A stretch of 64,000 nt of DNA from an uncultured Candidatus Saccharibacteria bacterium. GTDB lineage: Bacteria; Patescibacteriota; WWE3; UBA101185; UBA10185. Positions 1 to 11,494 of this stretch are shown here, piece by piece. The translations under genes were made by a program, and so were the position numbers. Location of the stretch: the NCBI GenBank assembly GCA_964385105.1, contig CAYLMU010000003.1, forward strand, positions 2,470 through 66,469, written 5' to 3'. How positions within the stretch are numbered: the first letter of the stretch is position 1; the number at the start of each line of letters is the position of its first letter. The notes under the pieces were generated by a model. It was not told where the DNA came from, ran no database searches, and saw only the letters and a list, made by a program, of their open reading frames with translations.

Positions 1-2
1 GC

Positions 3-149
3 AGCACGGGCGGACAAGCAGTTTTTGTAAGTTCAAGAATTGAAGGTGAATCATTTACAGTTGCTATTGATACACCACTATGGGCAAATGACATCACGTT
101 TGACTGGTGGATAGTAAATGTTGAACCTGCAACGACTCAAAATGATTAA
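3..149 (+). CDS. 3' end of an upstream protein (partial), ending in an 'FDWWI' beta-rich C-terminal domain
   Basis: Manual translation from base 3: STGGQAVFVSSRIEGESFTVAIDTPLWANDITFDWWIVNVEPATTQND*. It resembles the C-terminus of the 33066-33731 protein. Confidence 0.7.
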   Translation, partial: STGGQAVFVSSRIEGESFTVAIDTPLWANDITFDWWIVNVEPATTQND

Positions 150-201
150 TTTAACAACAAATGTTAGTTCAAATTACATATTAAAACGAATATAATTCAT
201 A

Positions 202-3200
202 ATGCACATGCTCGGTAAATTAAAAACAAAACTTGCCCAATTATTAATAAAAATCCTTCCTTATGCGACTAAGTTTGTGAACTTGTTAAAGCTTTTTTTA
301 AACAAAATTCGTCACGTTAGAAAACAAACTGTTAAAAAATTAGCTCCGTTTGCATTTGGAGCTCTTGTGGTAATTGTTCCTGTTGCCTATTTATTATTAA
401 ATAATACCGTAGAGGCTGAAGCCGGATGGTGGGTTACTGATACACCATGGCAAAAAAGACACAGACTAAACTTAACAAATAACTCATCCGAAAATTTTGC
501 TGCAGGTAATACCGTTTCGATAACGGTAAACACTATGCAAATGTATAGTAACCGTGAACTCAATGCGGACTGCTCTGACTTACGAATTTTGTATCAACCT
601 AACAATAACACTCAACAGGAACTTAGCCGCCATGTAGTATTTGAAAACGACGGTGACTGTACAACCAGTGACGCAACAAGAGTTTATTTTCCTTTACAGG
701 CAAATTTAAATTCTGGCAGTTCAACAAGAGATTATTATGTTTATTATTCAAATACCCAAGCTACTTCCCCATCATCTCAAATTGATGCATATGATATAAG
801 CTCGGTAAATGCACTATTTGCATGCGAATTTAGAGGAAACGCCAACTGTGTTAACAGCAATGGTGCTGTTTCTCCAAACACAGAATCAGGTGCCGTAAGA
901 TTTATGGGTTCAAAAAGTGCTTTAAATTTTGACGGTACTGGAGATTACGCTTCCGCTGCTGATTCAACAAGTTTATCGATAACTGATAATTTAACTGTTG
1001 AAGCATGGGTAAAGTTAAAACAAGTTGATGTAGAACAAACAATTGTCGGGAAATGGGATGAAACCACGGGTACAGATAACAGATCATACAGATTATATAT
1101 AACATCAGGTAACAAATTTGCTTTCGAAATATCTACAGACGGCACAAGCGCTACTGTAACAACAATCACCGGTTCTACTACAACAGCAAGTAAAGGTTCA
1201 TGGTATCACGTAGCAGGGGTTTACAACGCTAATAACGAAACACTTGACCTTTATGTAAATGGAATTTCTGATAATACGCAAGTTGGCTCAGCCGGTGGTG
1301 AGATTGATGATAACTCATCACTTTTATATATTGGCGGTAAAGAAAACACAAGTGGCATCGTTAACACTTTGTTTATGGGCATTTTGGATGAAATTAGAAT
1401 ATCTAACACTATAAGATACTCAACAAATGGCGATGCACCAGAGTCATCTTTTATAACAGATTTTAATACTATGGCTCTGTACCACATGGATGAAGCAGGT
1501 TCAGACCCCCGTGCAAATGGTACAACATTAGACGCAACAACTAATAATAACGATGCTACTTTAAATGGTCCTACATATGTATCGGGAATGGTAGGAATAG
1601 ACGGACCTTCGGAATTTGGGTCACACACAGGTGCTAATAATTCAGCAACGTTGGTAGACACAAATGCGTCATGGGCACCAAATGAATGGGTCGGTTATAT
1701 TGTTAATAATTCAACCGATGCCTCACACGGTACTATCACTGCAAATACAGTAAATACAATTACAGCAACTTTAGCAGGAGGCGAAGAAAATGATTTTGAT
1801 ACCGGGGATTTATATGCTCTTTCACCTGACCTTGGTAAAGAAGTATCTCAATCATTTGCCTCAAGAAATGGCGTTTTTGTGGAAGAAGCCACAACAAACT
1901 TAATTGATAATCCAAGTTTTGAAAATACAACTTATGATACAAGCTGGAGTGAGGGGTCAGGGTCTGGCGTGATTATTGCGACAACGAGAGCAACTGCCAA
2001 CACCGGGGGAGGCACTCAAGATATAACAACAAGCAAGCTGGGAGGTAACACTCCAAAAGCTGTTTTAATAATTGCTACCGACACGACTACAGATGGTTTA
2101 GCAACTGCGGGCATGAGTTACTCATATGGTGCTGCAACAGGGACTTCAAATCAATGGGTTTCGTGGCAGAATACAAGCGATGCTACTACCAGTAACCATA
2201 GATCAGCTATAGAAACGGATAACGTCATTTGTAATACACCACCAAATGTCACTGTTGGTGCTGCAAGATGCGCTTACGGTCAAGCTGCATTCTCTCAATT
2301 CATTACAAATGGTGTTAGATTGCAGTGGGACACTTTAAAAGTTCCGGCAAGTGCCTTTTATATAACTGTAGTTTTCTTTGCAGGTTCAGATGTAAGTGCC
2401 CATGCGAATTCATTTAGTCTAGGCGATACAACTAATGGCAGTGTAACAACCACAGCCCCAGGATTTCAGTTTGATTTATTATACGGAGCAACAACCAAAA
2501 ACGGATATAATGTATTTAACGGGGGGTATGGGTTTGCTCATTTTGATGGAAGTACAATAACTCAAAGAGCATATATACATCATAACAGAATTAGTGCCCA
2601 AAGTGCATGGGCCTTTGTAAGAAATGATGCTATTGCAGGAGAAATTCGACCCGATACTACTGGTGATATAGACTATAGAGCCGAGGTTACAAATGTATCA
2701 TCAACCGGATTTACTATAAGAACTACAGGCGCCGGCGGTAATAATACTCCGTTTGTTTATTTAGCGTTAGATTTTGGGGACACAGTAGATTCATGGGTAG
2801 GAACTCACTCAACCCCCACATCAACAGGAAACTACTCAGACACAGGTCCAGGATTTACCCCTCAATATACATTAATGATTCCTAATTATGTTGAAGCACT
2901 AAATACAAAAGCTGATGACGCTAAGGCCGGATCGTTTGGTTTTTCTGTAATAGATGCACTAAATCAATATTCCAACAGCTATACATTTCAAGATGCTACT
3001 TCACCCTCAAATACATCAAGTCTGGCTAACAACAAAGCGGTACACATCCTCTCGGATAATCAAACAACTAGCAGTATACAAGGTGATTTTGTTTCTTTTG
3101 ACACAGCTGCCGGGTGGACAACAAACTATACAGCAGTTACTGGCAACTCAAAGCGTTGGCCCGCTGCATCTGTACAATCTATAACTTATCTCACACGAAC

Positions 3201-6200
3201 TATAGAAACTGTTTCACCATATGTTAAATTCGGTTCAAGAGCTGCAAAAATTGCGGCATCAGCTGACACCACATTAGTAAACTCAGTGTCAATTGGTGCA
3301 AGTCCAAGCACCCACACCATGTCGTTGTACGCATACTTAGGCACTTCAGGCAGCGAAGGGGGTACAATTGACAACACTATTGCGCGTATTTTATGGGAAG
3401 GGACTTCACAAGCTTCTACCTCATATGAAGATGTAGGAGGAGGTTGGTGGAGGCTTACCTACTCTGCAACACCTACCGCCAGCACAACAAGTGATTTTGG
3501 AGTGTGGCTTGCCGAGGGCGAAACAATTTATGTAGACGGCTTTATGCTTGAAGAAAAACCAACTGCATCAACTTACACAGACGGCTCACTGGGAGCAGGT
3601 TATTCTTGGAGCGGAACTATTAACGAATCTTCCAGTTCAAGAGCAGCTGCTGACATTGATTACACTGCATCCGGTAATATTGACGCATCTAAAGGAAGTA
3701 TAAGTTTTTGGCTTAAACCCAACTGGGATGGCGATGACGGGGTTGAACACACTTTTTTTGATGTCGATACAGCATCCACATTTAAAATTTATAAAACAAG
3801 CTCAAATGTACTAACATTTACAGACGGAACAAATACAGCTACCACATCAACAACATCCTGGAATAAGGGTGATTGGCATCATATAGTTGCTACCTGGACC
3901 TCAGGTGATATGGATATATATGTAGATGCTTCTGCCGGAACAGATGATTCATATTCGGCACCAACGCTAGGTACTAACTTTTATATTGGGCAAAATAAAT
4001 CAAACACTTCGCATGCCTCAGCTGTAATTTCTAATTTAAGAATTTATGACTCGGTACTTAGCTCAGCACAAATCACTGACTTATATCACTCGAATTTATA
4101 TACTTTTGAACAAGAGTATTTTGTAGAAGCATTTATCGGAGATAAAGGACAAGATCCTATTACGATTTTACATATGGACGAAGCTTACGGTACAACTGTA
4201 CATGATGCATCACAGTATAGAAATGATTTTGGACTATCGGGTGCTTCTTGGGTAGCTGAAAGTTCTGTGACCGGAGGTACACTTAGAACCCGATACATAA
4301 ATTTTGACGGCACCAACGATTACTTAATTAACGAAAACACCGAAGATTTTAGGTTTGGAACTGACTCTTTTTCAATTTCCGGGTGGTTTAGACATCCCAT
4401 AACTGTACCGGATGGAGGAACAACGGACACAATATTAGCTCATTACGATACAACCGGATATAAAATCTATATGAATTCAAGCGGTCAGCTATGTTTTGGT
4501 ATTGATAACGATTCAACATGGTCACCCACCGATACAATTTGTTCTACTATGAGCTATGCTGACTCTACCTGGCATCACTTTAGTGCAGTTAAAACCGGAA
4601 CTTCAAGTATTGCAATTTACATAGATTCAACCCAAGTAGGACAGAACACGTCACTAAGTGCTACTGCTTCTCTATCGCATAATAAACCAATGTATATAGG
4701 TATTGATAGTAATGGTTCTTCTAACCCCTGGGAAGGTGATCTTGATGAAATAAGAATATACTCATACGCCAGATCAGAAGAACAAATTAAAATTGATTTT
4801 GCAGGGTCTTTCGGGGTAGCTTTTGGTACAGGTATTGAAAGTCAGTTGCAAAACGGCCTTGTAGCTCATTGGAAAATGGATGAAAATACAGGTACAACCT
4901 TAAGTGATTCAAGTGGCAATGCCAATAACAGCCAGAACTTTTCAGGAAACACAACGTGGGCACCCGGAAGATATGGTTCAGGATTGTTATTTGACGGCAA
5001 TAATGACGCTGTACTATTCAATGAAACACCTTCAACAGATTTAGGCGCTTTAACAGACTCCTACACAGTGTCCACTTGGTTTAAAACTACTACCAATGCC
5101 TCATCTACAGTTGTATTAGTTAATAAAGGTGTGGGAGCTGCGTCACCGATGAGTTTGGAACTTTCAGATACCGAGGTTGCCCAGTTTAGGATATTTGGTG
5201 GAGGCAACTCTTCATTAGCTGTAGGATCTGCTGCTCTAAACGATGGCAAATGGCATTTAATTACCGGGGTTAGAGATGTTAATGAAGACAAAGTGTTTAT
5301 ATATGTTGATGGTGAATTAGCAGGATTAACTACCGACACATTGACTTCAAGTGCTGCAAATGACAGTCAGCTATCACTCGGTGCAGCAGAAGATCTTTCG
5401 GGTGATTTTACAGGTACAATGGATGACACACGAATATACAATAGAGCCCTTTCTGCGAGTGAGGTTCAAATGCTGTATCAATATTCAGCGGCACCTGTGG
5501 GATATTGGGACTTCAATGTAGGAACCGGTACTGTTGCTCAAGATGTCTCAAATAACAAAAATGATGGTACTTTAACCGGCATGGTGTCGTGGATTCCAGG
5601 CATATTCGGTTCCGGAATAGATACAAATACCGCATCATCCGGTGTGGAAATTACAGACCCTCCCGGCGGAGAACTCGACTTTGATGCTGATGACAGTTTC
5701 ACATGGATGGGATGGGTAAAAACTACAAATATTGGTACTTCAAGTATATTTTTACAAAAAGGAAGAATAGAAAACAGTGTAGCAGGATACCGTGCACGAG
5801 TAGACACTTTCGGTAGAGCAAGTTGCGGCGTTTCAAATGCAGTAGACACAGGTACTACACAAATATCCGGAACCAGTGTAGTTGCAGATGGTATGTGGCA
5901 CCATGTTACTTGTGTTGATATATATACAGGCAACGCATCCCCGAATGATAGAAGACTTTTACTTTATGTGGACGGTGTGTTAGAAAACTCATTAATACAC
6001 TCTGAAGAAATAAGTAATTCAACAGAAAATTTAAACATTGGACATATAAATGCTGCTACGTATTGGCAAGGGCAAATTGATGAAGTTAAAATTTACAACT
6101 ACGCCCGAACTCCCGAAGAAATTATCAAGGATATGAATGCGGGTCATCCGACACCCGGCTCACCCATTGGGTCAGCATTGGGACATTGGAAATTTGATGA

Positions 6201-8325
6201 AGGCTATAGCAATATTGCACACGATTCCGGAATTTTAGGTAAAAACGGGACTATAACTAATGCTACCTGGTCTAATGATGCAAAACTGGGTAAATCTTTA
6301 AATCTTGATGGTACAGGTGATTTTGTGCAAGTAGGTGATGACGACTCTTATTCGTTTGGAAACGGTACTTCAGACAATCCTTTTACAATAAGTGCCTGGA
6401 TTAATAAAAACTCTACAGGAGGAGGCGATATTGTATCAAAATTCACATTAAACGGAGTTCACCTAGAATATAGACTGATTAACCCAAGTGGAAAAGATTT
6501 GGAATTTATTTTGTATGATGATTCGAGCACATCCAATATCGGAAGACGCGCAACATCAAAACTGCCTGACATAAGTGAATGGGTTCACATTGTTGGTACT
6601 TATAATGGGAATGGATCCACAAGCGGTATCAGGTTATACATAAATGGTGTACGCTCAGATGATACAAATATAATCAACGGAACTTATACGGCCATGGAAA
6701 ACACCACAGCGCCACTAGCATTCGGTGCAATTTCAACAGACGGCACACCGTCATCAGATATCCCAGCAAAACTTGACGATATTCGTATTTACACCTCAGA
6801 ATTTTCTCAAAGCCAAATCGACACCTTATATAATCTGGGGTTTGCACAATTATTAGGTGCAACCGGCAGTGATTTATCTGGAAGACCAACAGAATACTGC
6901 CCTCCCGGAGAAGTTCCTGCATGTACTGCACCTATTGCAGAATGGAAACTTGATGAGAACTTAGGTATTAGTGCCTTTGATACAAGTGGAAACGGAATTA
7001 CGGGTACTTTGGGGGGTGACGGTAGCGGGTCGGATATTCCTGTATGGAGACCCGGAAAAGTTGGACAATCCCTACTATTTGATGGCGTTGATGATTTTAT
7101 TAGCATGGGCGACCCTTCGAGCGGGATTTTGGACTTTGGCATTAGTTCGGCGTTCACTATTTCTTTATGGGTTAAAACTGATATTGACGCTATTACAGAT
7201 ACGTATCCTCTAATTATAAGTAAAGAGGGAGGTTCCCCTAGAAATGGTTACAATATACTGGCAAACCTTGCACAATATTCCAATAACTGGACAGGTCAAG
7301 TATTTGCTGGCGGAACGCAATATAACTGTGATAGCCTTGTAGATATAACTGATGGAAAGTGGCATCATCTGGCTTTTAAACACGTTTTCAATCTTTATGC
7401 TACATATACAGACGGGAAAATGACAAATATATGCACACTTACAAATTCAAATATTTCTAATTCAATGAGTTTTCATGTCGGAACACATTCAGTCCCCTTC
7501 ACAGGAAGCTACTTTAACGGTCAGATAGATAACATTCGAGTTTATAATTATACTAGAACCCCCGCACAAACGGCATGGGAATATAATCATGGAGCGCCAG
7601 GTGCCCATTGGAAATTTGATGAGTGCAGTGGTACTACAGCAAATGACTCCTCAGTCCGTAATTACCGGGGCACTATAAACGCCGGCGGTAGCGGCAGCAA
7701 CACAAGTGCTGGAACTTGCGGAGGAAGCCCAGGAACTATGTGGTCAGACGGTGCTGCAGGTAAACACAATGCGAGCCTGGAATTTGACGGTACCAATGAT
7801 TACGTGTCTGTCGGGGATGTAGATTATTTTGATTTGTCTCATATATTCTCAACATATACCTTCACCGGATGGTTCAAGAGATCGTCATTCAACACGCATG
7901 ATGTAATTCTTTCTAAGGATTCTGATATTATGAACAGTGCGGTGCCCGGTTATTCACTATATATAACATCGGATGACGTAGTGAAATTTTCAATAAAAGA
8001 TAAAAACAATAACTTAACCTCTGTAACCGGCTCATCTTTAATAACAGATTCTGAATGGTACCACGTCGCATTAGTGTTTTTCGGTAATGGTACAAACATA
8101 CCAGGAATAAGTTTGTATATTAATGGAAAACTTGAAGGTGAAAATACCGCAGGTGTATGGCTTTACGACTCTTCGAATAACCTTAGCTTCACCATTGGTG
8201 CTGAATCTGACGGCAACCACCCGTTCCATGGACAAATTGACGACGTTCGACTATTTTACTACGGCTTAACACCGGATCAAATTAAAACAGTTATGAATAA
8301 TGGCGCTGTAAACTTTATGCAATAA
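202..8325 (+). CDS. Giant (2707 aa) membrane-anchored surface protein with about 8 LamG/concanavalin-A-like domains and an N-terminal DUF2341-like region
   Basis: N-terminal TM helix. Repeated LamG signatures (W.hDE..G...D.S; LxFDG; WxHh; LYhNG/DG; F.G.IDEhRIY). Thr/Ser/Gly/Asn-rich. Confidence 0.85.
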   Translation: MHMLGKLKTKLAQLLIKILPYATKFVNLLKLFLNKIRHVRKQTVKKLAPFAFGALVVIVPVAYLLLNNTVEAEAGWWVTDTPWQKRHRLNLTNNSSENFAAGNTVSITVNTMQMYSNRELNADCSDLRILYQPNNNTQQELSRHVVFENDGDCTTSDATRVYFPLQANLNSGSSTRDYYVYYSNTQATSPSSQIDAYDISSVNALFACEFRGNANCVNSNGAVSPNTESGAVRFMGSKSALNFDGTGDYASAADSTSLSITDNLTVEAWVKLKQVDVEQTIVGKWDETTGTDNRSYRLYITSGNKFAFEISTDGTSATVTTITGSTTTASKGSWYHVAGVYNANNETLDLYVNGISDNTQVGSAGGEIDDNSSLLYIGGKENTSGIVNTLFMGILDEIRISNTIRYSTNGDAPESSFITDFNTMALYHMDEAGSDPRANGTTLDATTNNNDATLNGPTYVSGMVGIDGPSEFGSHTGANNSATLVDTNASWAPNEWVGYIVNNSTDASHGTITANTVNTITATLAGGEENDFDTGDLYALSPDLGKEVSQSFASRNGVFVEEATTNLIDNPSFENTTYDTSWSEGSGSGVIIATTRATANTGGGTQDITTSKLGGNTPKAVLIIATDTTTDGLATAGMSYSYGAATGTSNQWVSWQNTSDATTSNHRSAIETDNVICNTPPNVTVGAARCAYGQAAFSQFITNGVRLQWDTLKVPASAFYITVVFFAGSDVSAHANSFSLGDTTNGSVTTTAPGFQFDLLYGATTKNGYNVFNGGYGFAHFDGSTITQRAYIHHNRISAQSAWAFVRNDAIAGEIRPDTTGDIDYRAEVTNVSSTGFTIRTTGAGGNNTPFVYLALDFGDTVDSWVGTHSTPTSTGNYSDTGPGFTPQYTLMIPNYVEALNTKADDAKAGSFGFSVIDALNQYSNSYTFQDATSPSNTSSLANNKAVHILSDNQTTSSIQGDFVSFDTAAGWTTNYTAVTGNSKRWPAASVQSITYLTRTIETVSPYVKFGSRAAKIAASADTTLVNSVSIGASPSTHTMSLYAYLGTSGSEGGTIDNTIARILWEGTSQASTSYEDVGGGWWRLTYSATPTASTTSDFGVWLAEGETIYVDGFMLEEKPTASTYTDGSLGAGYSWSGTINESSSSRAAADIDYTASGNIDASKGSISFWLKPNWDGDDGVEHTFFDVDTASTFKIYKTSSNVLTFTDGTNTATTSTTSWNKGDWHHIVATWTSGDMDIYVDASAGTDDSYSAPTLGTNFYIGQNKSNTSHASAVISNLRIYDSVLSSAQITDLYHSNLYTFEQEYFVEAFIGDKGQDPITILHMDEAYGTTVHDASQYRNDFGLSGASWVAESSVTGGTLRTRYINFDGTNDYLINENTEDFRFGTDSFSISGWFRHPITVPDGGTTDTILAHYDTTGYKIYMNSSGQLCFGIDNDSTWSPTDTICSTMSYADSTWHHFSAVKTGTSSIAIYIDSTQVGQNTSLSATASLSHNKPMYIGIDSNGSSNPWEGDLDEIRIYSYARSEEQIKIDFAGSFGVAFGTGIESQLQNGLVAHWKMDENTGTTLSDSSGNANNSQNFSGNTTWAPGRYGSGLLFDGNNDAVLFNETPSTDLGALTDSYTVSTWFKTTTNASSTVVLVNKGVGAASPMSLELSDTEVAQFRIFGGGNSSLAVGSAALNDGKWHLITGVRDVNEDKVFIYVDGELAGLTTDTLTSSAANDSQLSLGAAEDLSGDFTGTMDDTRIYNRALSASEVQMLYQYSAAPVGYWDFNVGTGTVAQDVSNNKNDGTLTGMVSWIPGIFGSGIDTNTASSGVEITDPPGGELDFDADDSFTWMGWVKTTNIGTSSIFLQKGRIENSVAGYRARVDTFGRASCGVSNAVDTGTTQISGTSVVADGMWHHVTCVDIYTGNASPNDRRLLLYVDGVLENSLIHSEEISNSTENLNIGHINAATYWQGQIDEVKIYNYARTPEEIIKDMNAGHPTPGSPIGSALGHWKFDEGYSNIAHDSGILGKNGTITNATWSNDAKLGKSLNLDGTGDFVQVGDDDSYSFGNGTSDNPFTISAWINKNSTGGGDIVSKFTLNGVHLEYRLINPSGKDLEFILYDDSSTSNIGRRATSKLPDISEWVHIVGTYNGNGSTSGIRLYINGVRSDDTNIINGTYTAMENTTAPLAFGAISTDGTPSSDIPAKLDDIRIYTSEFSQSQIDTLYNLGFAQLLGATGSDLSGRPTEYCPPGEVPACTAPIAEWKLDENLGISAFDTSGNGITGTLGGDGSGSDIPVWRPGKVGQSLLFDGVDDFISMGDPSSGILDFGISSAFTISLWVKTDIDAITDTYPLIISKEGGSPRNGYNILANLAQYSNNWTGQVFAGGTQYNCDSLVDITDGKWHHLAFKHVFNLYATYTDGKMTNICTLTNSNISNSMSFHVGTHSVPFTGSYFNGQIDNIRVYNYTRTPAQTAWEYNHGAPGAHWKFDECSGTTANDSSVRNYRGTINAGGSGSNTSAGTCGGSPGTMWSDGAAGKHNASLEFDGTNDYVSVGDVDYFDLSHIFSTYTFTGWFKRSSFNTHDVILSKDSDIMNSAVPGYSLYITSDDVVKFSIKDKNNNLTSVTGSSLITDSEWYHVALVFFGNGTNIPGISLYINGKLEGENTAGVWLYDSSNNLSFTIGAESDGNHPFHGQIDDVRLFYYGLTPDQIKTVMNNGAVNFMQ

Positions 8326-8430
8326 GTACAAGTATATAGTTTCTCATTAGAGAAATGTCATACTTTTACATTATTGACACTACACTACTTGCACATGTAA
8401 CCTGAATGCACTTAGTAATTATTTACGGGA

Positions 8431-10716
8431 GTGAACATGAAACAAAATGCCCTAGTGATTGAAAAAATAATCAATCTCTTCATAATTGGCACAACCCTCT
8501 TAATGCCCATTTTTTTCTTACCCATAACAACCGAGTTTTATGAGATTAATAAACTCGCCCTCTTAACAGTATCAACTTTGGTTTTAGCAGTGCTCTGGGG
8601 ATTGAAACTTATTTTCAGTCAAAAGGTGTATGTGATTAAAACCCCAATTAATCTCGCTATCATAATATATTTGGCGGTATTCATACTCGCCACTATATTC
8701 TCGAACAACTTTTATCTAAGCATGTTCGGACAATACGCAAGATGGTTTCCTAGTTTATTTTCTTTTGTGACTGTGGTGGTATTCTTTTATATTGCGGCCA
8801 TCAACATTACAGATGAAAAAACTATAAACAACATTTTGTTTGCACTTATAGCGGGAATTACAATAAACACAATTGTAGGTCTTTTAAGCTACTTTGGTGT
8901 TTATTTATCGGGTAATGCATACGCACAGACACCTAACTTTTCACTAGTAGGCAATCCGACTACCGCTGCGATACTAGCAGCTATAGCTGTTATCATTGGC
9001 ATAAATAAATTGCTAAACATTACTTTTATGCCCGGTAGAATACTCTTGGTTCAGCTCGTTATTGTAAATGCTGTGCTGCTGGTTCTTTACGGCATATTTG
9101 CAGCGTGGTTTGTTCTTGCAATCGGTTTAATCTCAACCTTTGTAATGACAAGAACAGAAAAAATAACGAGTAATGCGATTTTTCTAACAGTAATAGCAGG
9201 AGCAGTTGCAGCGTTATTACTTGTTGTTTCAATGCCAAGAACCAAAGAATTAGTAATAAATGATAACTTTGCAAAGGAAATTAAACTGGACTTTAACAGT
9301 TCATGGATAATTACCGGCGCCACAGTTACAAATGACGCTCTTTTAGGTTCAGGGCCGGCAACATTCCAGAACAATTTCACGTTGTACCGACCCTCGGAAT
9401 TAAATGCAACTGATTTCTGGAACATCAGATATGACAAACCCTACAATGAGATTTTTAACATAATGTCTTCATTGGGAATCTTTGGTGCTATTGCCGCAGC
9501 ATATCTTGGAATAAAAATATTTCAGGAAATCTTGGCAACAAAATCTAACAAAGATGATAGTGGTTTAAATGTGATGTTAAGTGCTTCAACTCTTGCTATG
9601 TTGAGTATGGTTGCAGTTACATATATAACAGTGCTAAGTGCATTTGTTTTATTTGTATTACTGGCATTAACCACAGCGTATAATGCAACGCATACAAAAA
9701 GCAAAACCGACAGGGTTTTACTAAGTTTAGCCTCGCTAAGTACTATGTCATTGCTTGAAAGCCTTGGTGGTAATGATACAAATGAAATACTTCAATATAT
9801 TGTTACCGTACCGTTGCTAATATTTGCAGGTCTATGGGGGTATTTCTTGTACCAAACATATACACCTGAATATTATATGAGAAAATCGGCTATAGCTATC
9901 CAGGCAAATGACGGACTTGGAGTATACAACAACCAAAGACGAGCTTTGGAAATCAACGGAAGAAGATCTGAATACCGTAACGCATTCGCTCAAACAAATC
10001 TGGCAATTGCTAATGCCTTAGCTCAAGGTGAAAATGTTAATGATGAAACCAGACTTAACATACAAAATCTTATAGCTCAAGCAATCAGAGAGGTTAAGAT
10101 TTCAACTGAAGTCTTGAATCCAGGCAGTGCAGCCAACTGGGAAGTTCGAGCAAGTGTCTATAGATCTCTAAGAGGTGTTGCTCAAAATTCAAGTCAGTGG
10201 GCATTGCAGGCATATGATGCTGCAATACAACTTGACCCTACAAACCCAAGATTAAGACTTGAAGCAGGAGCTGTATATTATGCAGAACAGGACTTTTTAT
10301 CAGCAGCCAATATGTTTAGACAAGCTGCAAATCTAAAGCCTGATTATGCAAATGCACACTTTAATATGGCACACTCATTAAAACAGATGCAAAACTATCC
10401 TTTAGCACAAAGAGAATTTCAGATAACACAAACTTTAGTTGAAAGAGATTCGGAAGATTATGCTCTGTTACAAAGAGAGCTTGAAGATATTGCTGAACTT
10501 GCAGCTAGTACAGCAGACAACACGCAAGAAAACATTCCTACCGTTGAAGAACTTGAACAACAGCAACAACTTCAAGAACAAAGCCAGCCGTCTGCACAAG
10601 GACCTCTTGTAGCACCTGAGCAAGTGGTTGCTCCTCAAAGTCAAAGCTTAGACTTAAGCCCTGAAGAAGCAGAAGAAATACAAGAACAGAATCAAAACCA
10701 AACCGAACAAGAGTAA
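8431..10716 (+). CDS. Polytopic membrane protein, O-antigen ligase/Wzy-like, with C-terminal TPR repeats and a Gln/Glu-rich tail
   Basis: Many TM helices, GNP motif, LLGSGPATF loop, TPR motifs (AIQLDPTNP, AANLKPDYANAHFNMA). Confidence 0.75.
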   Translation: MNMKQNALVIEKIINLFIIGTTLLMPIFFLPITTEFYEINKLALLTVSTLVLAVLWGLKLIFSQKVYVIKTPINLAIIIYLAVFILATIFSNNFYLSMFGQYARWFPSLFSFVTVVVFFYIAAINITDEKTINNILFALIAGITINTIVGLLSYFGVYLSGNAYAQTPNFSLVGNPTTAAILAAIAVIIGINKLLNITFMPGRILLVQLVIVNAVLLVLYGIFAAWFVLAIGLISTFVMTRTEKITSNAIFLTVIAGAVAALLLVVSMPRTKELVINDNFAKEIKLDFNSSWIITGATVTNDALLGSGPATFQNNFTLYRPSELNATDFWNIRYDKPYNEIFNIMSSLGIFGAIAAAYLGIKIFQEILATKSNKDDSGLNVMLSASTLAMLSMVAVTYITVLSAFVLFVLLALTTAYNATHTKSKTDRVLLSLASLSTMSLLESLGGNDTNEILQYIVTVPLLIFAGLWGYFLYQTYTPEYYMRKSAIAIQANDGLGVYNNQRRALEINGRRSEYRNAFAQTNLAIANALAQGENVNDETRLNIQNLIAQAIREVKISTEVLNPGSAANWEVRASVYRSLRGVAQNSSQWALQAYDAAIQLDPTNPRLRLEAGAVYYAEQDFLSAANMFRQAANLKPDYANAHFNMAHSLKQMQNYPLAQREFQITQTLVERDSEDYALLQRELEDIAELAASTADNTQENIPTVEELEQQQQLQEQSQPSAQGPLVAPEQVVAPQSQSLDLSPEEAEEIQEQNQNQTEQE

Positions 10717-10740
10717 CAAAGTGGTCAATTACGGATTGCT

Positions 10741-10770
10741 AAAACCTCCGGCACAACCGGAGGTTTTTTT
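10741..10770 (+). terminator. Intrinsic terminator
   Basis: aaaacctccgg-cacaa-ccggaggtttt followed by a T-run. Confidence 0.85.
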
Positions 10771-10787
10771 ATTCTGCACTATTTTAC

Positions 10788-10815
10788 TTGACACAACACA
10801 AAAATTAGTTAAACT
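10788..10815 (+). promoter_or_regulatory. Sigma70-type promoter of rplJL
   Basis: TTGACA-16 nt-TAAACT upstream of the L10 leader. Confidence 0.55.
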
Positions 10816-10825
10816 AGTTAATGTT

Positions 10826-10893
10826 AAGCCAAAGACAGCAAGTGTCGTATGAAATAATAAAATTAAAGCGACTTAATTATCTTGCCGAGGTTA
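10826..10893 (+). promoter_or_regulatory. L10 ribosomal protein leader (autoregulatory RNA)
   Basis: CCAAAGACAGCAAG...TTAATTATCTTGCCGAGG matches the L10-leader pattern and lies directly upstream of rplJ. Confidence 0.8.
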
Positions 10894-10951
10894 ATCAAAA
10901 GTAATACTTCACTACTCTACCTTTTGACTAATCAAGGCAAAAAATATAAAA

Positions 10952-11491
10952 ATGCCAAATCAAAAAAATATAGATACAGTAGAAAAATTAAAAACTAATG
11001 TAAGTAAGGCAAAATCTATAGTCTTTGCCGACTATCATGGTTTAACCGCACAATCCATTACTGAGTTAAGAGCAAAATTAGGCGAAGTTGACTCAGAAGC
11101 AAGTGTTGGAAAAAACACACTCGTAAAAATCGCCCTAAAAGAAAACAATTACGATGATCCAAATATGGAAAATTTTATGAAGGGACCAACTTTAACTGTC
11201 TTTTCATATGAAGATCCGGTTGCAGGTGTAAAAGCCTTATTTGAATTTTCAAGTTCACATGAAGATTTACCAAATGTGAAAGCAGGTATTATTGACGGAA
11301 GATTCACCAACCTTTCAGATCTTAAAACATTAAGTAATCTTCCTTCAAGAGATGAACTCATTGCTAAAGTCGTAGGTGGCATGAAGTCGCCACTTTTTGG
11401 CATAGTAAATACTCTTGGCGGAGTTCAAAGAAATTTTGTATATGTTTTGTCAGCAGTAGCTGAAAAGAAAAAAGAAGAGGAGGTGCAATAA
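10952..11491 (+). CDS. rplJ: 50S ribosomal protein L10
   Basis: DYHGLT, VGKNTL and LPSRDELIA motifs; followed by L7/L12. Confidence 0.97.
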   Translation: MPNQKNIDTVEKLKTNVSKAKSIVFADYHGLTAQSITELRAKLGEVDSEASVGKNTLVKIALKENNYDDPNMENFMKGPTLTVFSYEDPVAGVKALFEFSSSHEDLPNVKAGIIDGRFTNLSDLKTLSNLPSRDELIAKVVGGMKSPLFGIVNTLGGVQRNFVYVLSAVAEKKKEEEVQ

Positions 11492-11494
11492 ATT

